Of a DNA stretch of 64,000 bases, positions 22,719-36,109 are shown piece by piece. This DNA comes from Octopus bimaculoides. Taxonomy: Eukaryota. The notes under the pieces were generated by a model. That model made no database searches, was not told where the DNA came from, and was given only the letters and a program-made list of their open reading frames with translations. The stretch lies in the NCBI RefSeq assembly GCF_001194135.2, contig NC_068992.1, positions 55,986,027 through 56,050,026 of the forward strand, written 5' to 3'. The position numbers were made by a program, and so were the translations under genes. Positions within the stretch are counted from its first letter, which is position 1, and each line of letters begins with the position of its first letter.

Positions 22719-25700
22719 TGTAGAGATCATTATAATTGTTTTAATGTTTACTTTTCCATGCTTGCAAGTGTTAAATAAAATTTGTTGAAACAGATTTCTG
22801 CAGCTGGATACTGTTCCTGCTGCCAATCCACACTTGTTTCCAAGCAAAGTAATATTTCCAATTATTGCAGATATATTTTCTGCCTTCTGCGTATGCCCAA
22901 GACCGTCTGCCTTAGCAATTTGGCTGATTTAAGCAGTGAATTCCAAGGAGCCATATCATGCCCCAACTTCACACTGATTGGTCAATCACGGGAAACTGTG
23001 GTGGCTCACTTGTAATCCCTAATTGAATATCTTGTGGTTGAGGTTCAAATCCTTACAATGAGTGCTATTTAATCCTGTTTTTCTAATCCTTATTTAATGT
23101 CCGTTGCCCATGCTAGCATTGACTGTTCTTTTCAGAAGTGTAAGCTATGAATGTAATGAACCAATCTGGGAGTCAAATCCATAATTGGTCAATTGATTGA
23201 TAAAATACTTTATAAAACTCAGCTGTCTAAAGACATACAAAAGTGAATGTAATTTTGATTCAGAAGGGAAATGTAAACTAGACTTTTGGAAATGTTAATC
23301 TGGTTTCTTCACAAGAGTCATTAATACATTCGTTAACCTTTGCATTATGTTCAGAAGCTTAATTTTTGTCTCAAAAGCATTATATAAACGAGAGATCGAC
23401 CTTGGTCTTGCAGAGAACCACAAGCTACCAACATCAAGCTGTCATCAATTTTATTGGAAATATATAGCAAGAGACTAAAGCAAGTGTGGTAACTCTTGTT
23501 CTTGTCTATGAGGTTAATGTGTTCAGTTAGTTCAACATATACAGTTTCAGTAAGGAATAATAATTTTAAAGTAAATGTGTGTTGTTTAGCCTCTAAGTCA
23601 GACTTGATTTCACAGACCTGCGTGAGTGTGTTTGTGATGGTTATAAACATTGTTCTTTATTTCTAGTTTTCCATGCAAAACATGTCTGGTCATGGGGAAA
23701 TATTAACTTGTTGGTATACAGTTGAGAGTTGGCAACAAGAAGGGCATCCCGTTGTTGAAAATTTGTCTCAAAACTCTGTTTGACCCATGCAAACATAGAA
23801 AAGTGATGTTAAAATGATGATGTATTAGTCTTAAGGATCAAACATTTTGCAGTTCATATCTTTTTTCATCAACACTGCTTTCTGCACTTGACAAAGATAC
23901 TTCATTATTAATGGCTAAATTTACTAAACTGTCAATAGAAACTATGAGAAAATGTTACTGTTGCTGTTGTTTAGCCCTTGGTCCACTCTAACTAAGCAGG
24001 CCTATGATCAACAGCATTCCAGTCATGATCAGCCAGCCTTTTTCCTAAGTGCATGTAATCTACAACTACATTACCTAACTTTTATATATTCAGCTTTCAT
24101 AAGGAATAATAATTTAAAATGAATATCTTAAGTTCGTTGCCAGTGCCGCTGGACTGGCTCCTGTGCAGGTGGCACGTAAAATACACCATTTCAAGCGTGG
24201 CCGTTGCCAGTACCGCCTGACTGGCTTTCGTGCCAGTGGCACATAAAAGCACCCACTACACTCTCGGAGTGGTTGGTGTTAGGAAGGGCATCCAGCTGTA
24301 GAAACTCTGCCAAATCAGATTGGAGCCTGGTGTAGCCATCTGGTTCACCAGTCCTCAGTCAAATCGTCCAACCCATGCTAGCATGTAAAGCGAACGTTAA
24401 ACGATGATGATGATGATGATAATGATCTTGTTTAGCTTTGAAGTCTGACTTGATCCAGCAGTTAATTTCATTTTCCTTTCAAGGTCAATAAAATAAAGTA
24501 CCATATGTGTGTGTGTTATCTCAGTTTTATTTTCTTCACTGCTGTGAGACCTTAATGATAGCCAATGTGGTGCTGCAGGATTTTCCGATGTAATCCAATC
24601 ATGAAATATCATTCAATCAGTTCTACCAACCTTGTCCTGTTTCAACAACAAGTAGCATGGTTGATGTAATCAACTAACCACCTCTTCCTACAATTGCTCG
24701 TGCTGTACCAAACTCTGAAACAATATCAAGCTACTTTTTCAATCGACTTCAGCAGTAACTAGAGGCATCCATTTGCTGATATTATGTGATGTTACAAACT
24801 TTCTCAAATATTACATTGTGTGACAATTTTTGTTTTTGTCTTTGGTCAGTAAGTGTTATTTTCTATTTACTTCTATCTAGAAATCAAAAGAAATTACAAT
24901 TCCCTTCATACTTTGCTCTTGTGAGCAACCTGGACATCACTGTTTTGAAAGGGACCTATTTTCCATTACATTTCAGACAGATTCAGCACTGAGTTGCTGA
25001 AGCAGAAATATTGTTATAGTAAATATTCTGCTCAATACCATAGATTTGCTTCACAGCTGCTTGACCTTGACCACTTGAGCATGTCCCTTAGTGGCTGACA
25101 CTATGTGCATCTCTGATCATGAGCAGGAGTAGTGGGGGAACATCATAGCAATGTGTTAAGTGGGATTCTTTGGGGTTTGAATAAATGTAACAAAAGCAAA
25201 GTTTGAAGGAAATATTAGCCATTTTTCATACTGTCTAGGGAGTAAACAAATAGGAAATAACAGTTGTTACCCAAGGACAAAAATTATGTTACACAGAACT
25301 GAAACCTGTATTATACATTCAGCTCTCCAAAAGTTTATATCCAATTTACAAAATTCAACACAAAGATAATAACCAAAGGATTTTGTTTTGCACCAACAAA
25401 GATTCTACATCCAATAGAAATCATTGCTGTAATTTTATTTTATAAAATTTATACAGTTCTCACAAGAAAAACAAACAAAAAACACACTTGAGTAATAATA
25501 GGTGTCTCAGAAAGTGAGATTTATTTATTGTTTTCATTTAATATATTGCCCATATGGTGAATTTTTTTTCTTTAAATTTACTTCATACTTTTCAGATAAT
25601 TCTACGTAATTTGATCACAATTTGGAAGGCAAAAGCCAGTTAAAAATATAATATAGGAGAACAGAAGAAGCTTTGATTTATATTAGTTCTAATAATAAAA

Positions 25701-26643
25701 AATGTCAAAACAGTATAAAAAAGAATAACGATTCCCCACCCCACTTCCTGTCCCCACTAAGTCATTCCCTGTCAGATATATATTATGGACAATTAGTGTT
25801 AAAATTTATTTTTATTCTTAAAAAAAAAAAAAAAGTAATTACCTTGAGTAACACTGAAAATATAGCATCAAATACTCTTAGAATTTTCAGGTGTGTCTTA
25901 ACTCTTAGAAGATAAATCATTCTGGAGCTCTAAATGAGACACCATTAAATAATTAAATGATCATCCATACTCTACCAGTAGAACAGTAAAGAATCTCCTC
26001 ATTTGCATATCACAACAAGCAAAATTAACTAATGAGGAAACACCTCCTTCATGATTAGCAAAACATGGGACACCAGTTATGAAAATTCTGAGCCAAATAA
26101 ACAATCAGGTTAGCGTCAGAGCAAAGCTTAAGCCTTTGCCCCAACATAAGAAAAGTGTTCCTGATATATATAACATTGTGTGTGTGTGTGCATATATATA
26201 CGTACACACACTTCTCCCAATCATAATGACAATTATTTGTGTATGCAAATAGCTATTTGAAGCCAAATATATAGGGTTTCAAGTCCTAATCCTCACAAAC
26301 TGAAGGAAAGCTGAAGGAAATTCCTGACTCAAAATATTCTGGGAATATTCCAGAACAACGATTTCCTTTGGAGAAGGGTTTACTGATTTGGGGAGAAAGG
26401 AGCTACTGATTGCAAAGAATGGGGGTTACCAATCGCTATCCCTTGAAAGCATTATAAACTAATATTGTATTCCAGTTTCAAAACAAAATTGGTTTCGAAT
26501 TCAATATTCTTTAAGAACCATTAATTACTTTTTAGAAAGAGAAAAATCTTGTGTATTACCGTCTTTTGCTGACTGTCGAGGAATAATCAACAGAAGATAT
26601 GTTTTAAGAAGAAAAAAAATATTTCCTTAAATGAACATTTCAG

Positions 26644-26750
26644 NNNNNNNNNNNNNNNNNNNNNNNNNNNNNNNNNNNNNNNNNNNNNNNNNNNNNNNNN
26701 NNNNNNNNNNNNNNNNNNNNNNNNNNNNNNNNNNNNNNNNNNNNNNNNNA
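26644..26750. other. Assembly gap (N run)
   Basis: Ns in the sequence. Confidence 1.
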
Positions 26751-27383
26751 CAGTGCAAATTGAGTCTGTTGATCAAGTTTGCTGTAGAAGGAGGAGGAGC
26801 AGGAGGTGAGGAGTGGGTGGAGTGAAAAATATGGAAGCTAAAATTTGAGTGTGTTGGGAAAGTGGATTCGATTTTCTCTGCTGGTGAGAGGAAATAAAAG
26901 GTTTATCACAGGGTAGAAAGCAGGTGCCACAACCATTAATTAATATTAAAGAAATGTAGCAATTACTGTTTTGTTATGTTAGAGAGAGAGAGAGAAGGGG
27001 AAGGATAATATTAGATTATTATATAAATAAATAGAAAAATAAAAACAGAAAAAAAATGCAAAACAGTGAAAGCTGTTTCAAAAGAGATACAAAAAGTATA
27101 TATATTTATATGCGTATGGTTATATATATATATATATATATACATACATACATACATACATGCATACACATAAACATATATACATATATATATACACACA
27201 CACGCACACAAACATATATACAAGCATACACACACACATACTTACATACAAACATACAGAGAGAGAGAGAGAGCATAAGAGAAAGGCAAAGAGGGAGAGA
27301 GAAAGAAAAAAACAACAAAAAAAAGAAAAGAAAGAAAAACTGGGTGGAATATAAATTGACATGCATAAAAATTCCTGCTGAGA

Positions 27384-27389
27384 TTTATT
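27384..27389 (-). terminator. Candidate poly(A) signal AATAAA for DCAF12
   Basis: About 345 nt after the stop and followed (minus strand) by a long U-rich tract at 27300-27340; more distal sites near 25.4-25.5 kb are also possible. Confidence 0.35.
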
Positions 27390-27731
27390 GTAGTGTGTCC
27401 GTGTTGATGATATCTGTGTTAACGGGGTTTTTCAGTCATGTGTAATTCCATTTGAAGTAAAGGTCTACATATAGTTTAACAGGTTCATGCAGATACAATG
27501 TTCGTACTGAAGACTGGTTATAAAGGTTTGGTGGCAATGATGTATGTGTGTGTGTGTAAGTGTGCATGTATGTGTGTGTGTGTATGTGTGTGCAGGTGTG
27601 TGTGTGGACATAAAGTGTTATTGTGTTTTAAAAGAAATCATTTCATCGTGGGCTTCTGGAAGACGATGGGGAGAAGAAATAGATGGGTGAATAAAGAAGA
27701 CTGCTTGTTGCTGTTGTTGTTTTTGTTGAAG

Positions 27732-27881
27732 TCAAGACCAGATGCCAACATAATTTCCTTGTATGTCCGAAGGCATCGGCCCACCTGCAGTGAATAGCCG
27801 GACACCTGTATCATCGTACTTGTGTGTGAAGATGGAATTGGAGTACCTCGTCCGCATCAAAGGCGAGTTGTTTTCTTTGTT
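27732..27881 (-). CDS. DCAF12: DCAF12 terminal coding exon (...FTHKYDDTGVRLFTAGGPMPSDIQGNYVGIWS*)
   Basis: The C-terminal TH.YD..G..LF.AGGP.P....GNY.G.WS* motif is diagnostic; tatttccag acceptor; TGA at 27734-27732. Confidence 0.96.
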   Translation of the reverse strand, partial: NKENNSPLMRTRYSNSIFTHKYDDTGVRLFTAGGPMPSDIQGNYVGIWS

Positions 27882-27930
27882 CTGGAAATAGACATTTTTA
27901 AAAGAGTATATTATATATATTAAATGTGTA

Positions 27931-27977
<47 letters not shown>

Positions 27978-28130
27978 ATACATACACACACACACAAAAA
28001 TATATACACTCATATATATGAATCTGACCCATGCCAGCAAGGAAAACGGATGTTAAACGATAATGATGATACACATAAATATATATGCACACATATATAT
28101 ATGCACATACACACACACACACACACAAAC

Positions 28131-28167
<37 letters not shown>

Positions 28168-29170
28168 TATTTTTTTATATATATACATACATACACACAC
28201 ATGTGCATGTGCGTTCATATCTATCTATCTATCTATCTATAGTCCAACAATGTATTAAATATTTACATATTACTATTTTCTGTCATTCCTATTTACTCTT
28301 GTATGTACTGTGTTGTTATTTTTTTCAGCTTTCTTTAAAAAGATATTTTAATATTTATGTCCCTTTATCACAAATACACTGTGCAGCTGGTAACGAGGTT
28401 TGATTTGACCTATTGGTTGGTTGTTCAATTACCCTGCTGACTCAGCAACCCTTGTGTTCTCAAGTAAACATAACCTCTCCCCATCACTATATGATGATGT
28501 AGGGTAGAAAGACAGACTTTAAATACAAAGTAGGTATACTGAATAGAGAGAGGAGATGGTTAAGTATATTCTGCTGGATCGTCGTCATCCCATCATTTAA
28601 CATCTGCTTTCCATGCTGGCATGGTTTGGGCAGTTTGACAAGAGCTAGCAAGCCAGAAGACTGCATCAAGCTCCATTGTCTGTTTTGGCATGGCTTCTAT
28701 GGCTGGATGCCCTTCCTAATGTCAAACATTTTACAGAGTGTACTGGATGCTTTTTATGTGGCACCAGTACCAGTGGGGTCACCAAGAAACTTGCAAGACA
28801 ACGACCTCTCAAATGAGTGGGGAGTAGTATTGATCAGGGAGCCTTGTGCTACATAACGAGAGGCCAAAAACAGGTGTTGTGCAGTCGAGGAGTTGTGTGG
28901 CTAACCCAGTTGGACAAAGATAGAGGAGATTGAGAGAAGAGGGTGTATACCCTCAAGTTCCAAGGTGTATATAAATGGTATAAAGGATGGTACATGGTGA
29001 GTCAACGGAACTTGTAAGTAATAACAATTGATAAACTGGATAGCAATGAGGTATAAAATTGAACAATTGTTCAATCAGAGAAAAGACGTTTGATTCCACC
29101 AAAGAGATAGAGACAATTATTGGAGACAAATTGCTGTCGTAACTAGTGAGGCCATATATCTTTCATTTGT

Positions 29171-29388
29171 TTAATCCTTTTGATACCAATCTGCCTTAGA
29201 CTGCTCCTGATTCTATGATACACGTTTCCTGTTAAAGTGATCTCAAAACTGTCCATCAAAATTTCATGTTAATTTATCTTTCAAACTCCAGCTTGATAAT
29301 GACAAAGTTATTCTACTAAATTCCTAATATTTTCAAAATTAATTGAACAAAGAATATTTCAACAGAAATATGGTAACAAAAGGGTTAA
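29171..29388. mobile_element. TTAA-type MITE
   Basis: ttaatccttttgatacc ... ggtaacaaaagggttaa. Confidence 0.65.
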
Positions 29389-29650
29389 TGTTTTGGAAAG
29401 TCAGGTCAGCATTCGTCAGATATGCTCGTAGTCTGTGGAAAGACATCTACAGTAGTTTCAGATGGATAAAGAAATCATAAAAATGTTACTGTAAATTAAC
29501 AACCATAATTAATAAAAAAAATATCATTTAGAGAATTGTAAAATTTGGCACTGCTAATCAAATCATTGCAGAAAATGCATATGGTAGTTTGCTTATTAAA
29601 ACAATTCTATGAAATTGTAGTTCTTAATCTGATGGGAAGGAGCAGGTGGG

Positions 29651-29778
29651 TCCACTGGTGTAAATGGTAGCACACTTGTTGCAGAAACATAGAGGTGTGG
29701 GTTCAAGTTCCACGCATACGAAAAAACCTCTTTTTTCTGTCAGTGGTGTAAACAGTAGCACACTTGTTGCAGAAACAG
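29651..29778 (+). pseudogene. tRNA-like pseudogene or SINE head with a duplicated D-arm/anticodon half
   Basis: A box TGGTGTAAATGG, D stem GTGT/GCAC, T arm GTGGG-TTCAAGT-TCCAC; acceptor stem unpaired; 5' half repeated at 29744-29777. Confidence 0.5.
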
Positions 29779-30776
29779 AGCATTTCGTCTGACTTGCTAA
29801 TAATTCTGCCAGGTCACCATCTTTAAAACATGAACTTAATAATTCTTTCTACTATCGGCACAAAGCCTGAAATTTTGTGGGGAGGGTTACGTCGATTATA
29901 TTGACCCCAGTGCATAACTGGTACTTATTTTATCAACTCTGAAAGGATGAAAGGCAAAGTTGACCTTGGTGGAATTTGAACTCAGAACGTAAAGACAAAT
30001 GAAATTCCACTCTAAGCATTTTGTCTGGTACGCTAATGTTTCTCTCTGCTCATTGCCTTCAGAGTGGACTTAAAAATAATAAAATTGTAATTAGTACGTA
30101 CAAATGAGTATGGCTTTGTAGGGAGTACATATTGTTGTGAAGATAAACTATATGTATAACAGGTGCAAGCATGGCTGTGTTGTAAGAAGCTTGCTTCATG
30201 CTTCAGTACCACAATGTAGCACTTTGGTTAAGTGTCTTCTACTATAGCCTCGAGCCAATCAAAGTCTTGTGAGTGGATTTGGTAGACAGAAACTGAAAGA
30301 AGCCCATAATATATATATCTGTGTGTGTGTGTGTGTGTGTGTGTCTTTGTTTGTCCTGCACCACACCACTTGACAATAGGTGCTAGTTTGTTTATGTCCC
30401 TGTATCTTAGTGGTTCAGCAAATGAGACCGATAGAACAAGTACCAGGCTTTGAAAATTAAGTACTGAGGTTGATTCAATCAACTAAAAATTCATCAAGGC
30501 AGTGCTCCAGGATGGCCACAGTCTAATGACTGATACATGTAAAAGATGAAGGGAAAAATATGAAAGCCAAAAAGATAAAAGAGCAGTAATGGAAATTCTT
30601 TTATGTTTCTATTTCAATCTAGAAACAAAGGAAAAAAACCATTTATAAATGAAATGTAATGTCGTAGAAAATCATGATAATGAATTGTTAGAATGTGTGT
30701 GGTTTGCCAAGAAATTATTAGAATATTTGGAATACCTTCTGACAGAACACAGAGACGGAATAATTATTGTACTTAC

Positions 30777-30922
30777 AGTCCAACCTTCACTGACAACTAA
30801 TTGACAATGCTTCCCAGACGGAGTTTCCAGGAACTGTTTTGTACGTACATCCAAGAATATCACAACACTCAGCCCTGTTCCCAGAGTGATGACATCGTGG
30901 CGAACACTGATTGACCGAATAC
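30777..30922 (-). CDS. DCAF12: DCAF12 coding exon 7 (GIRSISVRHDVITLGTGLSVVIFLDVRTKQFLE...EGWT)
   Basis: IRS.S.....T.GTG....F.D.R motif; ctctctag / GTAAGT; 146 nt. Confidence 0.95.
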
Positions 30923-31948
30923 CTAGAGAGGGGAGACAAAAAAAAAAGAAGAATGAAACATTTTATAAAACATATAAACTAAAAATAAGTATTAAGGAAA
31001 ATAGCATGAAAACACAAACACATGCATGAGACGTTTTGGCACAGCTGTTTTGGCACTGCTATTTTGGCATCACCGTTTTGCAGTCACTGATTCAATGCAG
31101 ATTTGAGACCAGGCATTTTAAGGCTTCTCTCATTCTCTGTCTCTTTCCCCCTCCCCTGCTCTTTCTTCTTCTGTCTCTTGCAATTTTCCTGCATGTGTAT
31201 ATTTCTGCATGCATATGCTTGTGTGTGTGTGTGTGTGAAAATGTGTATGTTTGCCTCCAGGGCCAAAATGTAATCTTGCCAAAACTAGTTCAATGTGCAC
31301 TCAGCCATGCCAAATCACCAGCGTTCAAACAGCCGTACCAACCATCTCTTTCCACACAAATACATAGACACACAGACAGACACACACACACACAGCAGAG
31401 AGTTTATAGGCCTTGAAAATATATCTTAGAAGATAAACTAAAAGAATATCACCAAAGTCCAATGAACAATAGTTTTTTTTTTTGTTTTAAGGTGAAATTA
31501 GAATCTCACATGTAACTACTAATTTTCATGGATATCTACATTTTGGGGTGTCTAGCTTCCAGAATTCAAATAACTACAAAGTTGGACATTATAGCACTAC
31601 ACACACTCTTCTCTTGGTAAAAATCAAGACTAACCTACTAGCATAGGCAAACAGGTATCAATTGGATCAATATTACCAGTCTGAGAGGGCCAGAAAATAT
31701 CATGAGTACCTTCATCCTGCTCCAATTAATTGATTAAATAAAATTGAGAAACTGACCGTTGACATAATTATGGAGAACCGCTGATATTAGACCCTTTATC
31801 CTCAAAATTATATGAGATACTTCATCTCAGTGGTTGGTGGATACAATGGATATATATATATATATATATATATATAGACCTGAATGGCTAACTTCACAAA
31901 CAGATAGATATTTGATGAAACTTACTAGTAAAGGGGTTTATAACTATA

Positions 31949-32006
<58 letters not shown>

Positions 32007-33770
32007 AATGTATATGTATGTATGTATCACATTCATTGGCTTACATCTGTTTCTGCTGTAAGAGTCTGTCTATGTATATAGGTCTGTATCAATGTATATT
32101 TAGAATTCAGGTAAAATTGTGTCTAATGACAATCGAACTGTTAACGACTAAAATCCTCCACTAAGGATCTACCCCATCCCATCTTTTCTCTGAAGATGGA
32201 ATAGTCCACTACTACACAAACAGCATATCTTCATTCACTGAAAAATGGACCATAACATTTTACTCCCTTATGTCTTACTATATGCTCTATTCTAATAACT
32301 CACCAACTATTTTTAAATATATACATTCCATGCTCTAAACTAATACCAGTTGTTTGTCTGTTCATTCTTTCTACAGTACATGTCAATGTATGTATATGGA
32401 CACATGTTTATGTGATAAGGTTACTGTTGACCATCTAATCCAGTCTGTTATTCAAATATTGCTTTTTTTTCTTTTTCAAACTGAACTGAAGTTTACAGAC
32501 TGTGAAATAGATTAGTAATAAAACAGCTCCTAAAAAATAGATAAAGTAAAATAAAAAATAAAAAACAACTGAACTACACACAATGGAACCAGAGGCACTG
32601 AATCAGCTGAGTGAATAAGCGAAGAATAAATCAGGTTCTTATTTTTCCCAAACAGCAACCAAAAGGTCATTATGTAGGTCAGAGTGTTCAGACATCAGAT
32701 GATGTCACAAACCCTGTTTGTCGCCCCCAAAACAATAGAATAATAGACTAAAGGGAGTGGGGAGGATATTTCAAGGCAGGAGTTATTGTGTTTCTTACAT
32801 AGTGTGAGTGTGCACATGCACACACGCGCATAAGAGTTCACTTTCCAAGTTCATTGCAGATTAACTTGGCTTTGCTTGTTTGTCATCAAATTAAGATACT
32901 TTATAAAAGATCCTATTGGAGTAATTTCGGAAGCTATTTCAGTTTTAATTCCTACCAAATAATTCCAGGTTCAGTCCCACTGCTTGGCAACTTGGGCAAG
33001 TATCTTTTACCATAGCCAAGGACCAACCAAAGCTTTGTAAGTGGATTTGGGAGATGGAAACTGAAAGAAGCCATCATATATACATATATGTATATATACA
33101 CATACATATATGTGTGTGTGTGTGTGTGTGTGATTATGTATGTGGTTGTCTTCCACCATGGCTTGTCAACTGGTGTTGATTTGCTTATGTTTCTGTAACT
33201 TAAAGTTCAGCAAGAGATATTTTTTCAGTCATTATACTGTGGCCATGCTGGGGCACTACCTTAAAAGATTTTTAGTCAAACAAATCAACTCCAGAATTTT
33301 TTTTTGTTTTAAAGCCTGGCTACTTATTCTATCAGTCTCTTTTGCTGAACCGCTAGTTACAGGGACATAAACACACCAACACCAGTTGCCAAGCAGTGGC
33401 AGGGGACAAACACACACACACACACATGTATGACAGGCTTCTTTCAGTTTCTTTCTAACAAAGCCACTCACAAGGCTGTGGTCAGCCCAAGGTGCCATGC
33501 AGTGGGGACTGAACCCAGAACCATGTGGTTGGGAAGCAAGCTTCTTACTACAAGCAATTGTATTTAAAAAATCATTAAAAAATCTTATGCAGAAGTATAA
33601 CTGATTTATTGCACATAATTTTTAACAACAAAATCTTATATGGACCCGCAAGGGCCATTTGGACCCCAGTTGAGAACCAGTTTTAGATAAATAACTAGAC
33701 AAATAACCATCTAACCCATGCCAGCATGGAAAGCAGACATTAAATGATGATCATGAACTACAGTTCTACA

Positions 33771-33983
33771 TACAGGTTGTCCACAAATTATCTTTACAAC
33801 TTCCACAGTTTACAGTGTCTATTTATTGAGTGCAACCAACAGAGCCCAAATGGAAGTGTTCTGATATTTCTAATAAAATTTTATTTATCAGCTCATTTTT
33901 TTCCAATAAACTCCGAGTAATCCTAGTTTTTAATGCTTTTCTGAATTTTCCAAATTGTAAACATAATTTATGGACACTCTGTA
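33771..33983. mobile_element. Tc1/mariner-type MITE with TA ends
   Basis: TAcaggttgtccacaaatta ... taatttatggacactctgTA. Confidence 0.7.
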
Positions 33984-33989
33984 TTTAGA

Positions 33990-34310
33990 AGCATAGCTAC
34001 ATGTCTACATAATTAGAATGTATAGCCCTTGTTCTGTACATTTAGGTAAAAGCCTAGTTCTGTATATTCAAGTGTATAGCCACAGTTCTCTATATTTAGA
34101 CAAACAGCCTCAGCTCTCTCTATATTTTTGAACAGAGCCACAGTTCTATATATTTAGATGTACAACCACAGTCTTGTGCATTTAGATATGTACCTACAAT
34201 TTTGTATGTTTAGACATGTAGCCAAAATTCTGTACATTTAGGCATATAGCCATAATTCTACATACTTAGGTGTGTTGCCAAAATGCTGCTACATTTAACA
34301 CATGTAGCAG
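33990..34310 (+). repeat. Degenerate 28-bp minisatellite, about 11 copies
   Basis: Unit agccacagttctatatatttagatgtac and variants. Confidence 0.8.
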
Positions 34311-34796
34311 CACATAAAATAGTTTAAATGAAGAACAGACTGGAATAACAAAGCACATTAACAATAAAATACAGTTAATGTTTCTAATGTAAAAAGTTAT
34401 TGTATTTAAATAATTACATAAATTTATTTATATACTGCATGTAAAAAAATGTTGCAATAGTAATTATACACACAATATAAAATAATTCTGATAACAATAT
34501 AAAAGATAATATCAGAACATAATAGACTTATCATTTATGAGACCAAACAGATGTCCATATATCATACATAGAATGGTACGATGATAGTTTGCTGTGGTGA
34601 CAGGCCTCAGAAAGACAGTTCCCAAATATAATTATTTCTTCTCAAATTTTATGCCATGTATCTCAGCCTAACATTATATTCCAAGTATTTCTAATTAATT
34701 ACTCTGCCAATGCCACAAAATAGAAACTCCAAAATGAAGCAAGACCAAAATGGAACGAAGAGAAAAGAAACAAATTAACTCAACATGCAAAACGAT

Positions 34797-35006
34797 GCTG
34801 AAAAGTTCCTGGCTTTGGGTAAAAGAAAAAACAGGCGGATCAATTAATTATGATTTTATTCAGCATATTCTCCTCTCAGATTCACACACTTATTGCAGCT
34901 GTCCTTCAGTTTTTCTAAGCCCTATAAAAGAACTTGGAAGGTTGGACCTCCAACCAGGCCTTTTGTGAAACCCTTAAAGCCAGGAACTTTTCAGCACCCT
35001 CTCATA
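34797..35006 (+). mobile_element. Mariner-derived MITE, copy 1
   Basis: TIR gctgaaaagttcctggcttt / aaagccaggaacttttcagc. Confidence 0.8.
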
Positions 35007-35057
35007 ATGGAAACATTAGAAAACGGTTTTGATCTCCAGTAAAGAAATATTTCTCAC

Positions 35058-35217
35058 CAGAATTTCCTTCTTTTGACTTGATGCTTGTGATTTGCTGCGG
35101 CGTTCTTGTGTCAATAAAGGTGACATGAGCTTGCGATCCAACTGCATACATTTGCCTTTCGTTGCAGTATGTCATGCAGACTGGCTCTCGGAAATGGGGT
35201 AAAGATAACTGTAACAC
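35058..35217 (-). CDS. DCAF12: DCAF12 coding exon 6 (VLQLSLPHFREPVCMTY...YAVGSQAHVTFIDTR...SG)
   Basis: YAVGSQAHV.F.D.R motif; tttgctag / GTGAGA; 160 nt. Confidence 0.96.
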
Positions 35218-35981
35218 CTAGCAAATATATGTTTAGGGGGAACATAGCTAGTATATCGGAAATTAAACAGCTGACATAGAGTCAGGAGAATACTATGGTA
35301 AGCAAACAAAAATTGGCCAGAATTTATAATGACAAACACCTACCTGACTTGTTTTTGCAGACAGATCACACTCAGGCTGCAGTTTGTGCACACAGTTTCC
35401 CGGGACGGCCTCAATCTTCAAGTTGATTTATCAGATATTCGGCTGCTGCTTGCCAAGCAGCACTGGCTGCCCATATCCTGACTGATTAGACACCAGTTCT
35501 TTCGAGGTCTTTGAAAGCGGCGCTCCACACCAGTCAGTCCTGGCCAGGAACGGACTTCCACCTGATAGTGTGGATGGGGTAAATAAAAACCTTTTGCTTT
35601 CTCAGAGCTTCAAGGTCTGCATTATCAGACTTTCAAAACTCTGGAAACGGCAGAGGTAATGAAGTAGCTACCATAACACTTGGACAATTAATAACGTTAT
35701 GGTTTTAATGATGATGCAGTTTGAAGAGAAAAAAAAAAGTAACAGGATAGAAAAAAAAAAAAGAAAAAAAATACATCAAAACATTATTTTTGATATAACT
35801 ACTAAGAAATTAAGTAGCAACAATGAACAGTCCCCAAATAGCTAATGTATCATCTAAATTAGCGAAAGACACAAGAAACGTCTCCCTCTGAGGTCATTGT
35901 CAATGGTAACCTACTGTGTGTGGAAGAATTAGGATTGGAGTGGATATTTGCACTCCAAATAGAGTGTGGCAGTGACATTAC

Positions 35982-36044
35982 CTGTTTAGTTCTGTTCATA
36001 TCCCACGTTTGAAAATATTCATTGAGCGAACTCAACGCAAGCTC
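35982..36044 (-). CDS. DCAF12: DCAF12 coding exon 5 (ELALSSLNEYFQTWDMNRTKQ)
   Basis: EL...SL..YF..W motif; gcttgcag / GTAATG; 63 nt. Confidence 0.9.
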
Positions 36045-36109
36045 CTGCAAGCGAAAATGAAAATCAACTGTCAGGAATAGAAAGGGAGTTAATTTTGATT
36101 TTGCAATAA

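Noticed and set aside
29651-29720. Functional tRNA gene
   Set aside because: Acceptor stem unpaired, anticodon stem weak, U33 absent.
32189-32215. CUGAAGA-U-GGA/UCC hairpin (a similar partial one lies at 566-600)
   Set aside because: No GAAA or stems I and III follow.
33990-34310. CRISPR-like array
   Set aside because: Head-to-tail degenerate units without unique spacers, in a eukaryotic context with no cas genes.
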